Shown: positions 1 through 9,612 of the stretch, piece after piece
Position numbering within the stretch: the stretch's first letter is position 1
How the letters are laid out: each line of letters opens with the position of its first letter
Assembly: GCA_964422845.1 (NCBI GenBank)
Contig: CAYRCT010000003.1
Location: 1-38,284 of the forward strand
Length of the DNA stretch: 38,284 nt
Origin: an uncultured Candidatus Saccharibacteria bacterium
Lineage (GTDB): Bacteria; Patescibacteriota; Minisyncoccia; Minisyncoccales; PEYH01
Reading direction: 5' to 3'
Notes under the pieces: model-generated
Databases searched by the model: none
Told to the model about the DNA's origin: nothing
What the model saw: only the letters and a program-made list of their open reading frames with translations
Made by a program: the position numbers and the translations under genes

Positions 1-67
1 ATCTAACGTCCCGCTTTTTTTATTCAAAACATTGACATTAAAAATATTTTTGTTAGTATAGATAATT

Positions 68-292
68 ATGGCAAAGAAAGGTATCCATCCAAAATATTAT
101 CCAAAAGCGCAAGTTCGATGTTCCTGTGGAAATACTTTTGAAGTTGGCTCAACAAAAGAATCTCTAGAAGTAGAGGTTTGTTCTGCGTGCCATTCTTTCT
201 ACACTGGCAAGGCAAGAGTAATCGATGCGATGGGTCAAGTTCAAAAATTCAAAGAACGAATGGCGAAAAAGGAAAAAATGAAGAAAAAATAG
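68..292 (+). CDS. rpmE: 50S ribosomal protein L31 (Zn-binding type)
   Basis: KKGIHPKY, CSCG...CSACHSFYTG motifs; TTGACA at 33-38 with a -10-like box upstream of the start. Confidence 0.97.
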   Translation: MAKKGIHPKYYPKAQVRCSCGNTFEVGSTKESLEVEVCSACHSFYTGKARVIDAMGQVQKFKERMAKKEKMKKK

Positions 293-308
293 TTTCGCGA
301 GAACAGAG

Positions 309-330
309 AACCCGCCATAAGCGGGTTTTT
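309..330 (+). terminator. Intrinsic terminator-like hairpin between rpmE and prfA
   Basis: AACCCGC-cataa-GCGGGTT followed by a T run. Confidence 0.7.
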
Positions 331-346
331 GTGTTAAGATACAATA

Positions 347-1387
347 ATGATTGATTTATTAAAAATCAAATCTGAATATGAAAAAATTGTTGAGGAACTC
401 AAACAGATTGAGTTGTCTTCTGATTGGGAAAAACTTGGGAAACTTAAAAAACAAAAAGAAGTTTACGAAAAAATTATTCAAAAACAAGACGAACTAGCAA
501 AAATAAATCAAGAAATAAAAGAAGTTGAAAAAATTCTTATCACAGAAAAAGAAGCAGAACTAATCTCTCTAGCGCAAGAAGAAAAAAAGAGTCTTTTAGA
601 AAAAAAAGTAACTGGGGAAAATAATTTAGAAAAAATATTAAAAAAATCTAATGGAGAAGGCAAGGATCCTAAATCAATAATAATTGAAATCAGGGCTGGC
701 GCTGGAGGAGAAGAAGCAGCTCTTTTCGCTTTTGATCTGTTTAATATGTATTCTAAATATGCTGAAATACAAAATTGGCAGGTTAAAACTTTAAATAGCC
801 ATCGCACAGAATTGGGAGGATATAAAGAGATAGCATTCCAGATTTCCGGACCAGAAGTGTTTGCAAAAATTAAAAATGAAGCAGGCGTCCATCGAGTTCA
901 AAGAATTCCAAGCACAGAAAAACAAGGCAGAATCCACACTTCAACCGCTTCAGTAGCTATCTTGGTAAAACCAACCAAAACACAAATTCAAATTAAACCA
1001 GAAGATTTACAGATTGACACTTTTAGATCATCTGGCCCTGGCGGACAGAATGTAAACAAGCGAGAAACAGCCATAAGAATAACGCATACTCCTACTGGAA
1101 TTGTGGTTGCTTCGCAGAATGAAAGAAATCAACTCCAAAATAAAGAAAATGCCTTAGCTATCCTGCAAGCAAAACTTCTTGTGCAACAAGAAGAAGCAGC
1201 AATAGAAAAATTAGGCACAAAAAGAAAAGACCAAATTGGACAAGCTAAAAGATCAGAAAAAATTAGGACATATAATTTTCCACAAAGCCGTGTTACTGAT
1301 CACAGGATTAAAAAAACCTGGCACAATTTAGACCAAGTAATGGCAGGCGAGCTAGATTCAATTGTTACGGAATTAAAAAATTTATAG
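347..1387 (+). CDS. prfA: Peptide chain release factor 1
   Basis: EIRAGAGGEEA, HRVQRIPSTE (PxT, RF1-type), SGPGGQNVN, RSEKIRTYNFPQ. Confidence 0.95.
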   Translation: MIDLLKIKSEYEKIVEELKQIELSSDWEKLGKLKKQKEVYEKIIQKQDELAKINQEIKEVEKILITEKEAELISLAQEEKKSLLEKKVTGENNLEKILKKSNGEGKDPKSIIIEIRAGAGGEEAALFAFDLFNMYSKYAEIQNWQVKTLNSHRTELGGYKEIAFQISGPEVFAKIKNEAGVHRVQRIPSTEKQGRIHTSTASVAILVKPTKTQIQIKPEDLQIDTFRSSGPGGQNVNKRETAIRITHTPTGIVVASQNERNQLQNKENALAILQAKLLVQQEEAAIEKLGTKRKDQIGQAKRSEKIRTYNFPQSRVTDHRIKKTWHNLDQVMAGELDSIVTELKNL

Positions 1388-1388
1388 T

Positions 1389-2840
1389 TTAGAACACCCC
1401 CTCGTCCGCCCATTTCTCCCATTGAGTGGCTTTTTCCATAACTAAATTACGATAGCCATATCCTCCTGCGTTTTTACAAACAGTAGTCATATAAGAACTG
1501 CCGCATAAATAAGCAGTTACAGCTCCGACTTCTTTGGTTAATGTTTGGCTAGCAGCTCCCCAATCTTTTAAATAAAGACCTGCTGCAAGAAAAGCATCTC
1601 TTACATTCCATGGATTTGCCATTTTACCAGTAATGTTCTCTATTTTTCTTTTATAACCATTATCTAAGTTCTTTGGATTAAGCCAGGTATTTGGCATAAA
1701 TTGAGCCGGCCCCATAGCTCCGCCCCACTGCACCTTCCCTCCACTAATAGAGCAAGAGATAGGGGTGGTGTCTGGGTTCAGCCCCAACTCTTTAGTAATC
1801 TTTAAAAAAGAATCCCATTGGTTATTGCTATTCCTCATCACTTCCATCCATCCTATCTCTGGATGTCTGCAGGAAGCGTGACCTGCGCAATTGCATTGTC
1901 CAACATTTTTACCTATGGCTGATTCAACTTGTAACAATCCTAAAACAAGAGCTGCCCTCACTCCCGTAACACTCTCAACGTATTCGGCTATCATATACGC
2001 TTCTTCGTAACTTGGCGCGTCTTCTTCCGAAACTTGAGCTAATTGAAAAATCTGTTTTCTAATTTCTGTTGCATTCTCTTCATTCTCTTTCAAATAATCT
2101 TGATACAAATCTTCTCTACCTTTTGTTTCTTGTAAAAGCGATTCTTGATCATTTTTTAAACCTTGATTTTGACTTTTCTGTAAAGTACGGACTACTACTA
2201 ATCTCTCTAAATCTCCTCTTTCACCTTCTAATGCATATTCTTCGTTCTCTAAATCTTTCTTCAACGCCTTGATGTTTACAAGAAGATCTTGATTTTTCAT
2301 GCTTAAAGCTTCTAGGTTGGCTAATTCATCAAAAAAATCAGACAGTTCTTCTTCGGCTAACATTACTTCTAATAAAGATCGTTGATCCTGCTCGTAAACT
2401 AATCTTAATAGTTCCGCTAATTTTTCTTTCATATCCTCTATTTTAATAGAATTCTGGTCGATAGAACCCTGGGTATCGTTAATTTGCAATTTGATATCCT
2501 TCACTAATAAATTACTTCTATAAATTTCATTGTTTAATCCGCTAATCTTATTCCTTAAAATATATATTTGATTTTGAAAGGTTTTTTTCTCTTTCTGCGT
2601 TTGATCTACCTTGTCGCCATAATAATCACTCCTGCCTTGATAATATTCAAGACATTTATTCAAAAATAATTGGCATTCCTGATCAGACATTTTTCCACAA
2701 GCATCGTCAGATTCTTCTAAAAACGGTTTACAACTTTGCTCTAAATTCTCTTCAGCCAAAATTGGCTTAAAAAATAAAAAGGACACAAAAAGTGTCGAGA
2801 TAATCGTTAGATAAATAATTTTTTTATAAATCCTCCGCAT
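1389..2840 (-). CDS. Exported coiled-coil protein with C-terminal lytic murein transglycosylase (SLT_2-like) domain
   Basis: Signal/TM segment, long CwlO-like coiled coil, LQVES catalytic Glu, GGAMGPAQFMPNTW. Confidence 0.85.
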   Translation of the reverse strand: MRRIYKKIIYLTIISTLFVSFLFFKPILAEENLEQSCKPFLEESDDACGKMSDQECQLFLNKCLEYYQGRSDYYGDKVDQTQKEKKTFQNQIYILRNKISGLNNEIYRSNLLVKDIKLQINDTQGSIDQNSIKIEDMKEKLAELLRLVYEQDQRSLLEVMLAEEELSDFFDELANLEALSMKNQDLLVNIKALKKDLENEEYALEGERGDLERLVVVRTLQKSQNQGLKNDQESLLQETKGREDLYQDYLKENEENATEIRKQIFQLAQVSEEDAPSYEEAYMIAEYVESVTGVRAALVLGLLQVESAIGKNVGQCNCAGHASCRHPEIGWMEVMRNSNNQWDSFLKITKELGLNPDTTPISCSISGGKVQWGGAMGPAQFMPNTWLNPKNLDNGYKRKIENITGKMANPWNVRDAFLAAGLYLKDWGAASQTLTKEVGAVTAYLCGSSYMTTVCKNAGGYGYRNLVMEKATQWEKWADEGVF

Positions 2841-2854
2841 GGAAAAACGATTTA

Positions 2855-3562
2855 TTATTTATTCTCTTTCTCTTCTTTTTTCTCTTCTTTTTTACCCTCG
2901 TCTTCCTGGCTCTCTTTTTTCTCACCCTCTTTAATAACTCCCTCTATTTCCTCAACTTTCTCTTCAATCGGTTTTTCTAATTCTTCTTCAACTCTTGCAG
3001 GCACAGCTACTAAAACCACCAATTCTTCTGGATTTTTTAAAATCTCCGCGCCTTCAGGGACTTTTAAATCTTTGACAAAAATCTCACTCCCTAATGTTTC
3101 TAACAAATTAATATTCACTATTATTTCGTGGGGAATATTTGTTGGCAAGGACTTAACTTCTAATTCATGAAAATTCTTAATCAAAGTTCCTCCCAAACTT
3201 TTTATCGCCAAAGATTCTCCTTCAAATTTTAACGGAATTAAAGTTTTAACTTCCTTTTTTAAATCAGGACTATAAAAATCAACATGAATTATCTTGCCAG
3301 ACAAAGGATGTCTCTGAATATCGTGAACTAAAACGGTCAGATCTTCTTCTTGACCCTTAATTTTTAAATTAATTAAAGATGATTCTCCTGCCTCTTTAAA
3401 AATATTCTCAAATTCTTTAAAATTTAAAGCTAGGGCCAAATTTTTCGTTTTTGAACCATAAACTACGACTGGCAAAAGTCCTTGCTCTCGCAAATTCTCA
3501 ACTTGCTTCCCCAATATTTCTCTTGGTTCGGCTGATAAAAAAAGATTAATGTTAGAAGCCAT
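2855..3562 (-). CDS. rplY: 50S ribosomal protein L25/general stress protein Ctc
   Basis: LREQGLLPVVVYG, DIQRHPLSGKIIHVDFY, TL5-type C-terminal domain and charged tail; start refined to ATG at 3562. Confidence 0.95.
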   Translation of the reverse strand: MASNINLFLSAEPREILGKQVENLREQGLLPVVVYGSKTKNLALALNFKEFENIFKEAGESSLINLKIKGQEEDLTVLVHDIQRHPLSGKIIHVDFYSPDLKKEVKTLIPLKFEGESLAIKSLGGTLIKNFHELEVKSLPTNIPHEIIVNINLLETLGSEIFVKDLKVPEGAEILKNPEELVVLVAVPARVEEELEKPIEEKVEEIEGVIKEGEKKESQEDEGKKEEKKEEKENK

Positions 3563-3683
3563 AAATATTAGCACTAAGGATATTAAAAGTCGTCCTATAA
3601 AGAGGGACTAATTGCAAAACCAGAACCGTTAGAACAACGATCATAATGGTTATCGTCAAAATGTCGATTGTTTTTGTAAACAT
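3552..3683 (-). CDS. Possible 43-aa small membrane protein overlapping the rplY start
   Basis: Read manually: MFTKTIDILTITIMIVVLTVLVLQLVPLYRTTFNILSANIYGF; one hydrophobic stretch. Confidence 0.3.
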   Translation of the reverse strand: MFTKTIDILTITIMIVVLTVLVLQLVPLYRTTFNILSANIYGF

Positions 3684-3757
3684 TTTATTAGCATCAATGA
3701 TATCGTAACTAACGAAATAAATTTAACATAAATTGAAAAATAAATCAAGAGCAAGCC

Positions 3758-3783
3758 AAAGAGCGCCGCAATAGGCGCTCTTT
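3758..3783. terminator. Bidirectional terminator-like hairpin
   Basis: AAAGAGCGCC-gcaata-GGCGCTCTTT, perfect 10-bp stem. Confidence 0.75.
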
Positions 3784-3825
3784 GTTGTAAAAAAGTTTTT
3801 GCGGTTAATTAGTGCTCTAGATGAT

Positions 3826-3936
3826 TTATTCTTGCGAGGTCTCTTTTTTCTTCCCAAATTTTATTCCTTTTTTAGTAGCAATTAAGAAAGCTATAATTAA
3901 AGCAACTAAAGCAAAAATCCAATAAATTAAATCCAT
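3826..3936 (-). CDS. 36-aa single-pass membrane microprotein (not in ORF track)
   Basis: MDLIYWIFALVALIIAFLIATKKGIKFGKKKETSQE: TM helix plus basic tail, hairpin downstream, AAAGGTCG upstream. Confidence 0.6.
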   Translation of the reverse strand: MDLIYWIFALVALIIAFLIATKKGIKFGKKKETSQE

Positions 3937-4030
3937 TTTTTTAAACAAAATTAAATACTTTGCGACCTTTTATCTTTTTATTACTCAAAAACTTTACTCC
4001 TTTAATAATATCTCATATTCTAATGCGCCG

Positions 4031-5365
4031 TCAAGTGGAAAACATTTTGGATAATTCGTAAATATTTCCAGCTCCCATAATTATTACTATTTCGTTGCCT
4101 TGAATATTTTTTTCTAAAAATAATTTTACTTCTCCGATGCTGGGGATATATAGGGCATTTTCTTTCTTTTCTTCTTTTTGCTCCCTAATCGCTTCTATCA
4201 ACTTCAAGGAACTAACCTTTTCTTTAATATCTTTTTCTTCTCTTCCAGCTACATCATAGATAGGAATAAGAATAATTTTCTTTATCTTTGCCTCAATAAA
4301 AGCTTTGACTAATCTTTTGAAAAGATAGAATGTTCGTTGGTATTGATGAGGTTGAAAAACAACCCAAATATTTCTATCCGGCCACTTCTCTTTAGCTGCT
4401 TTTAATGTGACTTTAATCTCTGTCGGATGATGAGCGTAATCAGAAACAATCGTAAACTGTTTATCTCTAATGCTCGCTTCTTTTATATCAAATCTTCTCC
4501 ATGCCCCCTGATATTCTGCAAGCGCTTTAATGGATATTTTATCTGAAATTCCTAAAGCTCTAGCCGTTGTTAAGGCGCCTAGAGCATTAGAAATGTTGTG
4601 ATCTCCAGGAACCTTTAATATATTTTTAATTTCGTTTGCATCAGGTAAACTCAAAGAAAATGGCTTTATGTTTAAATTTTTAATACCGATTGTCTGGCTT
4701 ATCTTTTTTGCGTTTTCATCGTCATAGTTTACCACCAAACATCCATCTTCGGGCAAATGATTTAAATAATCATGGAAAGCACGAAAAATATTTTCTAAAC
4801 TACCAAAGAAATCAATGTGCTCTTCTTCGATATTAGTCAAAACAATAATATCGGGCCGATAGTTTAAAAAAGATACTTGATATTCGTCTGCTTCAATAAC
4901 TAAATAATTAGAGTTGCCTAATCGAAAATTACTGTCTCCAAATTCTTTCAATTTAGTGCCCAAAATTACAGTAGGATCTAGCCCAGCTTTTATAAGAATC
5001 AAAGAAATCATTGCCGATGTTGTACTCTTTCCATGGCTGCCAGAAACAGCAATAGTAAAATAATCTTTACTTAATCTCCCAAGGGCTTGAGGATAACTTA
5101 GAGCTTCAATCCCATATTTTTTTGCCTGTTCAAATTCTGGATTATTCTCTGACACCGCTGGACTAAAAATCACTAAATCCAAATCTTTAGAAATATTTTC
5201 TTTTCTATTTTCTCCTATAAAAAGTTTTGCTCCTTTTTTTTCTAGTAAATCAGTGATTTCGGAGCGGGCCAAATCAGAACCAGAAACTTTTGCTCCTTGC
5301 GATAAATAATACTGAGCCAAAGAAGATACCCCTATTCCGCCAATGCCAATAAAATGAATTTTCAT
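4031..5365 (-). CDS. murC: UDP-N-acetylmuramate--L-alanine ligase
   Basis: IHFIGIGGIGVS, GSHGKSTT, EADE, DYAHHPTEI, FQPH. Confidence 0.95.
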   Translation of the reverse strand: MKIHFIGIGGIGVSSLAQYYLSQGAKVSGSDLARSEITDLLEKKGAKLFIGENRKENISKDLDLVIFSPAVSENNPEFEQAKKYGIEALSYPQALGRLSKDYFTIAVSGSHGKSTTSAMISLILIKAGLDPTVILGTKLKEFGDSNFRLGNSNYLVIEADEYQVSFLNYRPDIIVLTNIEEEHIDFFGSLENIFRAFHDYLNHLPEDGCLVVNYDDENAKKISQTIGIKNLNIKPFSLSLPDANEIKNILKVPGDHNISNALGALTTARALGISDKISIKALAEYQGAWRRFDIKEASIRDKQFTIVSDYAHHPTEIKVTLKAAKEKWPDRNIWVVFQPHQYQRTFYLFKRLVKAFIEAKIKKIILIPIYDVAGREEKDIKEKVSSLKLIEAIREQKEEKKENALYIPSIGEVKLFLEKNIQGNEIVIIMGAGNIYELSKMFST

Positions 5366-5368
5366 AAA

Positions 5369-5932
5369 TTAGATTAATGATATTGATTCTAAAAGCGTAT
5401 ATTTAGGTCCAGTTTTCTTTAATTGGCTTTCTACTACTTGGATCGCATCAACTTCAAAATTCAAATTTAAATCCTCGTTAACCTCTATATTTTCTCCGAG
5501 TTGCCTAAATTCAAAACTTCTAATTCTAGCCAATGTAATGTGAAAAGAAAAAATACGATTCTCTTTTATTTTATACTGATAACTGGATAAATTAAAAAGA
5601 GTATCTTCTAAATCAGTATGAAGTCGAGACAAATCATTATCTTCTTCCCCTTCTACCCAAACCATTCGCGGAGGAAATTTCTTGGGCGGACCATAACAAA
5701 TTTTATTTAATTTAATCGATATCGGATTATGCCTGGCAGCTACTTCTTTTACGGTCTCAATAGTTTCTACGAGCTGATCATCGTCAAGGTTGCCTAAAAA
5801 GCTTAAAGTGATATGGATGTTTTCCTTCTTGACCCATCGAGCAGGCAAATTAGGATATCTATTTGAAAAATTAAATAATTTTTCTTTAATATCCTCGGGA
5901 AAATTAATAGCAATAAAAACTCTGTGTAGCAT
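5369..5932 (-). CDS. thpR: RNA 2',3'-cyclic phosphodiesterase (2H family)
   Basis: RVFIAI, two HxT motifs (HITLSFLG, HITLAR); start refined to MLHRVF. Confidence 0.9.
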   Translation of the reverse strand: MLHRVFIAINFPEDIKEKLFNFSNRYPNLPARWVKKENIHITLSFLGNLDDDQLVETIETVKEVAARHNPISIKLNKICYGPPKKFPPRMVWVEGEEDNDLSRLHTDLEDTLFNLSSYQYKIKENRIFSFHITLARIRSFEFRQLGENIEVNEDLNLNFEVDAIQVVESQLKKTGPKYTLLESISLI

Positions 5933-6000
5933 ATTATCTAAAATTAACACAAAGAAAGTGGAAAATAAAGGCCCTCGTAAGAGGACCCGCCCAGATAAAG

Positions 6001-6594
6001 TTATCCCTTCTCGTAGCAATCAAGGCAAAGAGCTTGGTAAAGTTCCTCTCCACCAACAACAACAACTTCATCGTTAGCAGAGGCCGGCTTGCCGTTAATC
6101 AATCTTTGGCTACAAGTAGCTTCACCTCCACATTTTACACAGACAGCGTGCAGTTTGTCTACGTCATTTGCTAAAGCCATTAAAGCTGGCATAGAACCAA
6201 AGGGTTGTCTGGCGAAAGTGAGATCTAAGCCAGCCACGATAACACGCTTGCCTTTCCTTACTAACTCCTCGCAAAGCCCTGGTAATTTATCAGAGAAAAA
6301 CTGCGCCTCATCAAAAGCGACCACGGTAGCAAATTCAATCGCATCTACACCCGCGATAGATTCCAACACGAAGAACGACTCGCTCCCTGAAGCAAGGGGA
6401 TGAGCAATAAACTCTCGTCCATAATGAGTCATAATTGCCTGCTCGCTGTAGTGGTTATCAATCCTTGGCTTAAATATAACCACTTCCTTATGAGCGATCC
6501 GCACCCGCTCCAAGCGACGAATAAGCTCTTCTGTTTTACCAGAAAACATGCCACCAGTAACCACTTCTAATCTACCACTCTTTATTAATCCCAT
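6001..6594 (-). CDS. tdk: Thymidine kinase
   Basis: GGMFSGKTEEL, DEAQFF, VAGLD, CxxC...CxxC; start placed downstream of AAGGA. Confidence 0.95.
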   Translation of the reverse strand: MGLIKSGRLEVVTGGMFSGKTEELIRRLERVRIAHKEVVIFKPRIDNHYSEQAIMTHYGREFIAHPLASGSESFFVLESIAGVDAIEFATVVAFDEAQFFSDKLPGLCEELVRKGKRVIVAGLDLTFARQPFGSMPALMALANDVDKLHAVCVKCGGEATCSQRLINGKPASANDEVVVVGGEELYQALCLDCYEKG

Positions 6595-6753
6595 TATCAT
6601 TCCTTTTTTACTTTGAAAAAGAACCATCCCCAAAAGGGCTCAAACTAAATCTTCTATATTCTTTTTACAGTAATCCATAAAATTGTCAAAACTTGATGAA
6701 TCGTCCCGGAGGATGCATAAACGCATGAAGATGGATAAAATACGTAAAAACAC

Positions 6754-6781
6754 TTGACAAAATTCCTAAATAATATATAGT
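6754..6781 (+). promoter_or_regulatory. Sigma70-type promoter
   Basis: TTGACA then TATAGT/CATAAT at near-canonical spacing. Confidence 0.55.
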
Positions 6782-6811
6782 CATAATGTAACACGATATA
6801 ATAATATACGA

Positions 6812-6972
6812 GATGTGCCTCCTGGCACTTTCGGATCCGGAAGGAATACTCGAGTTAAGTGTGTTACGAACCTTCTTCTGGAAAATCAAGCACATTGTCA
6901 ATAAAAATGAAGGACTTCCCCCTCTCCTTCAGTCGGCCGCGTCGGGGTCGTATCGCATACAGATACGACCCC
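6812..6972 (+). ncRNA. Candidate structured non-coding RNA, family unassigned
   Basis: GC-richer than flanks; rod closed by ATGTGC/GCACAT with TCC-GGAA-GGA apex, hairpin 6908-6931, perfect 11-bp stem 6944-6972. Confidence 0.4.
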
Positions 6973-7052
6973 ATGAATATTTTATTACAGCTATTATTGC
7001 TGTTTTTTATTTTCAAAATTATGCTAGAATTAATAAAAGAATATCATATTTT

Positions 7053-7502
7053 ATGATTAAAAAATCTAACAAAAAAAAAGAAGAGAAAGAAACAGCTATT
7101 CAAGAAATTGTTAATCATTACTTTTACAGTAAGGGTTTGGTTTTGAAAGAAATTAAAGAAAACGCTAAAAAAAGAAAAATAATATATTCCAGGTTTACTC
7201 GGCCAGCTAAGCAACTTCTAGAGTTGGCTGGTTCTGTTAAAAAAGCAAAAAGAGCCATAGATATTGTGGCTAAATGGGCGAATTCCAGAAATCTAGATTA
7301 TGCTATTGAAACTGTATTTAAAAAATGGCTGGAACTAGACAGATTGAAGCCCAAAGAAATAGTAAAAAAACCCTATTTTAGGGACGATCCGATGATTTGG
7401 TCGGAAACAAAAAGAAAATGGTTTGTTATCGATAAAGATGGACAATGGTTGGAATTCGCTGGAGATGAAAAAGAAATTAAATGGAAAATTGCAAAAAAAT
7501 AG
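7053..7502 (+). CDS. Hypothetical basic protein (149 aa)
   Basis: Typical A-rich coding composition from MIKKSNK; the upstream ORF extension runs through RNA-like sequence. Confidence 0.7.
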   Translation: MIKKSNKKKEEKETAIQEIVNHYFYSKGLVLKEIKENAKKRKIIYSRFTRPAKQLLELAGSVKKAKRAIDIVAKWANSRNLDYAIETVFKKWLELDRLKPKEIVKKPYFRDDPMIWSETKRKWFVIDKDGQWLEFAGDEKEIKWKIAKK

Positions 7503-7524
7503 CGTTCATTGATGTCGTGTTTCT

Positions 7525-7554
7525 AAAACAATCCTCAATTGAGGATTGTTTTTT
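7525..7554 (+). terminator. Terminator / perfect 28-bp palindrome
   Basis: AAAACAATCCTCAATTGAGGATTGTTTT. Confidence 0.7.
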
Positions 7555-7651
7555 GATTAATCACATATACAATCTTGACAAGACCCAATTTAGGATTAGG
7601 ATTAATTTATTAAGCTTTTCTAAATAGCTCGTTTACAAAGGAGACGACAAA

Positions 7652-8269
7652 ATGAAAAGAATTCTCAAGCATTTTTTCAAAAAAACACTAAAAGGCCTTG
7701 GTTTGATATTGCTTTTGGGAATGATTATATGGTTAGTAAAACAAGGATTTAATTTCATCAGCCCGATCGTCAGTTGGTTTTTGTCCTTGGTAAAGATAGA
7801 CCCAAAATGGCAAGCTTCCGCTATGTTCGGCTTGCTAATTGTAAGTGGGTACATCGCTGGCCACATAGGACAAAGATCACATATCGTACAAACACTGTTG
7901 ATGAAAATACCGTTTCTCCGAAAGCTTTATTACGAAAAAATTCGCGGAGGGAAACCAGCCATTATCATTCCTGATGGAAAAACCTGCATCCAGGCAATAT
8001 ATATGGGCCCGCAACTTATTGAAATCCTCGGAGAAAATCCGAAAAAGATTCATTCCTCGCGCACAATATTCCAAACTTTTCCAGTGCCAATCACTGGTTA
8101 TGCGGAATATATTCCAGAAGAATGGGTGTATATGGTCACCAATATTTCTTTGTCGGAGTGGCTAGCCAATGATATAATGGGTCTTGCTCGCGAAATTCAA
8201 CCAGGCATTCAGGCCTTGCCCCTTGTTGAATTCCGAGAAAAACATAATTCAAAAAAACGTCGCGTGTAA
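7652..8269 (+). CDS. DUF502-like membrane protein
   Basis: Two TM helices, KIPFLRKLY, TFPVPITGY and ISLSEW resemble DUF502 motifs; AAGGAG SD; TTGACA upstream. Confidence 0.65.
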   Translation: MKRILKHFFKKTLKGLGLILLLGMIIWLVKQGFNFISPIVSWFLSLVKIDPKWQASAMFGLLIVSGYIAGHIGQRSHIVQTLLMKIPFLRKLYYEKIRGGKPAIIIPDGKTCIQAIYMGPQLIEILGENPKKIHSSRTIFQTFPVPITGYAEYIPEEWVYMVTNISLSEWLANDIMGLAREIQPGIQALPLVEFREKHNSKKRRV

Positions 8270-8292
8270 ATCCACGCGACGTCTCTTTTTTT
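8257..8292 (+). terminator. Intrinsic terminator
   Basis: ACGTCGCGTG-taaatc-CACGCGACGT then T run. Confidence 0.75.
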
Positions 8293-8331
8293 ACAAAAGA
8301 ATCCTTACTAATAATAAAACAGGTATACGCT

Positions 8332-9270
8332 TTATTGATTGATTCCTAAAAGTTCAACTTCAAAAATTAGAGTAGCATTTGCTGGGATAGCACCGGAAAC
8401 ACCCTGCTCTCCATATGCTAAGCTTGATGGAATGGTTAACTTTCGTTTTTCTCCAACTTTCATCCCTTTAACTCCCGTGTCCCATCCTTTAATAACTTGA
8501 CCCGCGCCTAACGTAAAAACAAATGGCTTTCCCCTGTCTATGCTTGAATCAAATTTGGAACCATCCTCTAGTGTCCCCTTATAGTGAACTGTTACGGCGT
8601 CCCCGTCTTTCGCTCCCTCTCCGCTCCCTGGTTCTAAGATTATGATATTTACTTTATTGTTTTCTTCTAAATTTTTTGTGTCCATTTCTTTATAAATATT
8701 AAATGATTCTATTGTTTCCTTAAAAACATTTCTATATCTTTCCCAATCTTTTAGACCGGTATTAAATGTTATTAACCACATGTTATCACCTATTCCCTTA
8801 ATAACAACCATAAAAATTTTAAATTCACTCCCTTCTTTATAAAGTTCTCCTTCTATCACATAACCGTCTCTTTCGTTAATTTTTTCTTCCGTTACGGAAA
8901 TGACTTTAAAATCCGGCTGACTGACCTTTATTTGATCTTCCACACCGGCAACATATGTTTCTGGATCAATTCCTGGCATATCTTCGTAAGCAACGGCAAA
9001 ATAACTTTTAAAGCCCATATTTTCTAGTGCTACACCTTCATTCTCTTCGTTAACATTGGAAATCATGGCCGAGATACCAGACACGCCGACTATTTCTTCC
9101 CATCCTTCTGGAATGTTGATAGAAAATCCGTCTTTCTCAAGAATTTCTTGTTCCTTATTGTTGTCATCAAGTTCAAGTTCTGTATTTCTATTATTGAAAT
9201 GAATAACTATGCCAACAATCAATATGCTTAAAATTATGGTTAAGCCAATAAAGATAGTTTTTTTGTTCAT
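8332..9270 (-). CDS. Membrane-anchored FKBP-type peptidyl-prolyl isomerase with extra N-terminal (PsbP/DcrB-like) domain
   Basis: [37 protein letters not shown]; N-terminal TM and FSINIPEGW. Confidence 0.9.
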   Translation of the reverse strand: MNKKTIFIGLTIILSILIVGIVIHFNNRNTELELDDNNKEQEILEKDGFSINIPEGWEEIVGVSGISAMISNVNEENEGVALENMGFKSYFAVAYEDMPGIDPETYVAGVEDQIKVSQPDFKVISVTEEKINERDGYVIEGELYKEGSEFKIFMVVIKGIGDNMWLITFNTGLKDWERYRNVFKETIESFNIYKEMDTKNLEENNKVNIIILEPGSGEGAKDGDAVTVHYKGTLEDGSKFDSSIDRGKPFVFTLGAGQVIKGWDTGVKGMKVGEKRKLTIPSSLAYGEQGVSGAIPANATLIFEVELLGINQ

Positions 9271-9379
9271 GTCTCTTTTCTTAATTTTTAATATTCCTAT
9301 TCTACCAACTCTATATAGAATTGCAAATATGTATAGAATAAAAAAGAGAGCATTATTTTGCTAATGATAAATAATCTCT

Positions 9380-9601
9380 TTATTCTTGAATTTTAATAAC
9401 TTTTTGTTTTGATTTTGCTCCTGATACAATTTTTACCTGCGTCATCGGAATCTTAAAATGCTTTGCGATCAATTTTATGATTGCTTTATTGGCACGCCCT
9501 TTAATCGGAAATTCTTTTATAAAAACCAAGAAATGATTATCGTCAATCTTTTCAATCTTCTTTTCTTTAGCTTTCAACTTTGCTGTAACAAAAATTTTCA
9601 T
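9380..9601 (-). CDS. DUF167 (YggU/UPF0235) family protein
   Basis: PIKGRANKAIIKLIAKHF...IVSGAKSKQK. Confidence 0.85.
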   Translation of the reverse strand: MKIFVTAKLKAKEKKIEKIDDNHFLVFIKEFPIKGRANKAIIKLIAKHFKIPMTQVKIVSGAKSKQKVIKIQE

Positions 9602-9612
9602 TATTCTTAAAA

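Noticed and set aside
5933-6019. N-terminal extension of thpR
   Set aside because: It overlaps the tdk end and a GC-rich hairpin-like stretch; family similarity starts at MLHRVFIAI.
6813-7052. N-terminal extension of the 229-aa ORF, and overlapping ORFs 6686-6901 and 6859-7056
   Set aside because: They run through promoter and strong hairpin sequence with atypical composition; the ATG at 7053 is more plausible.
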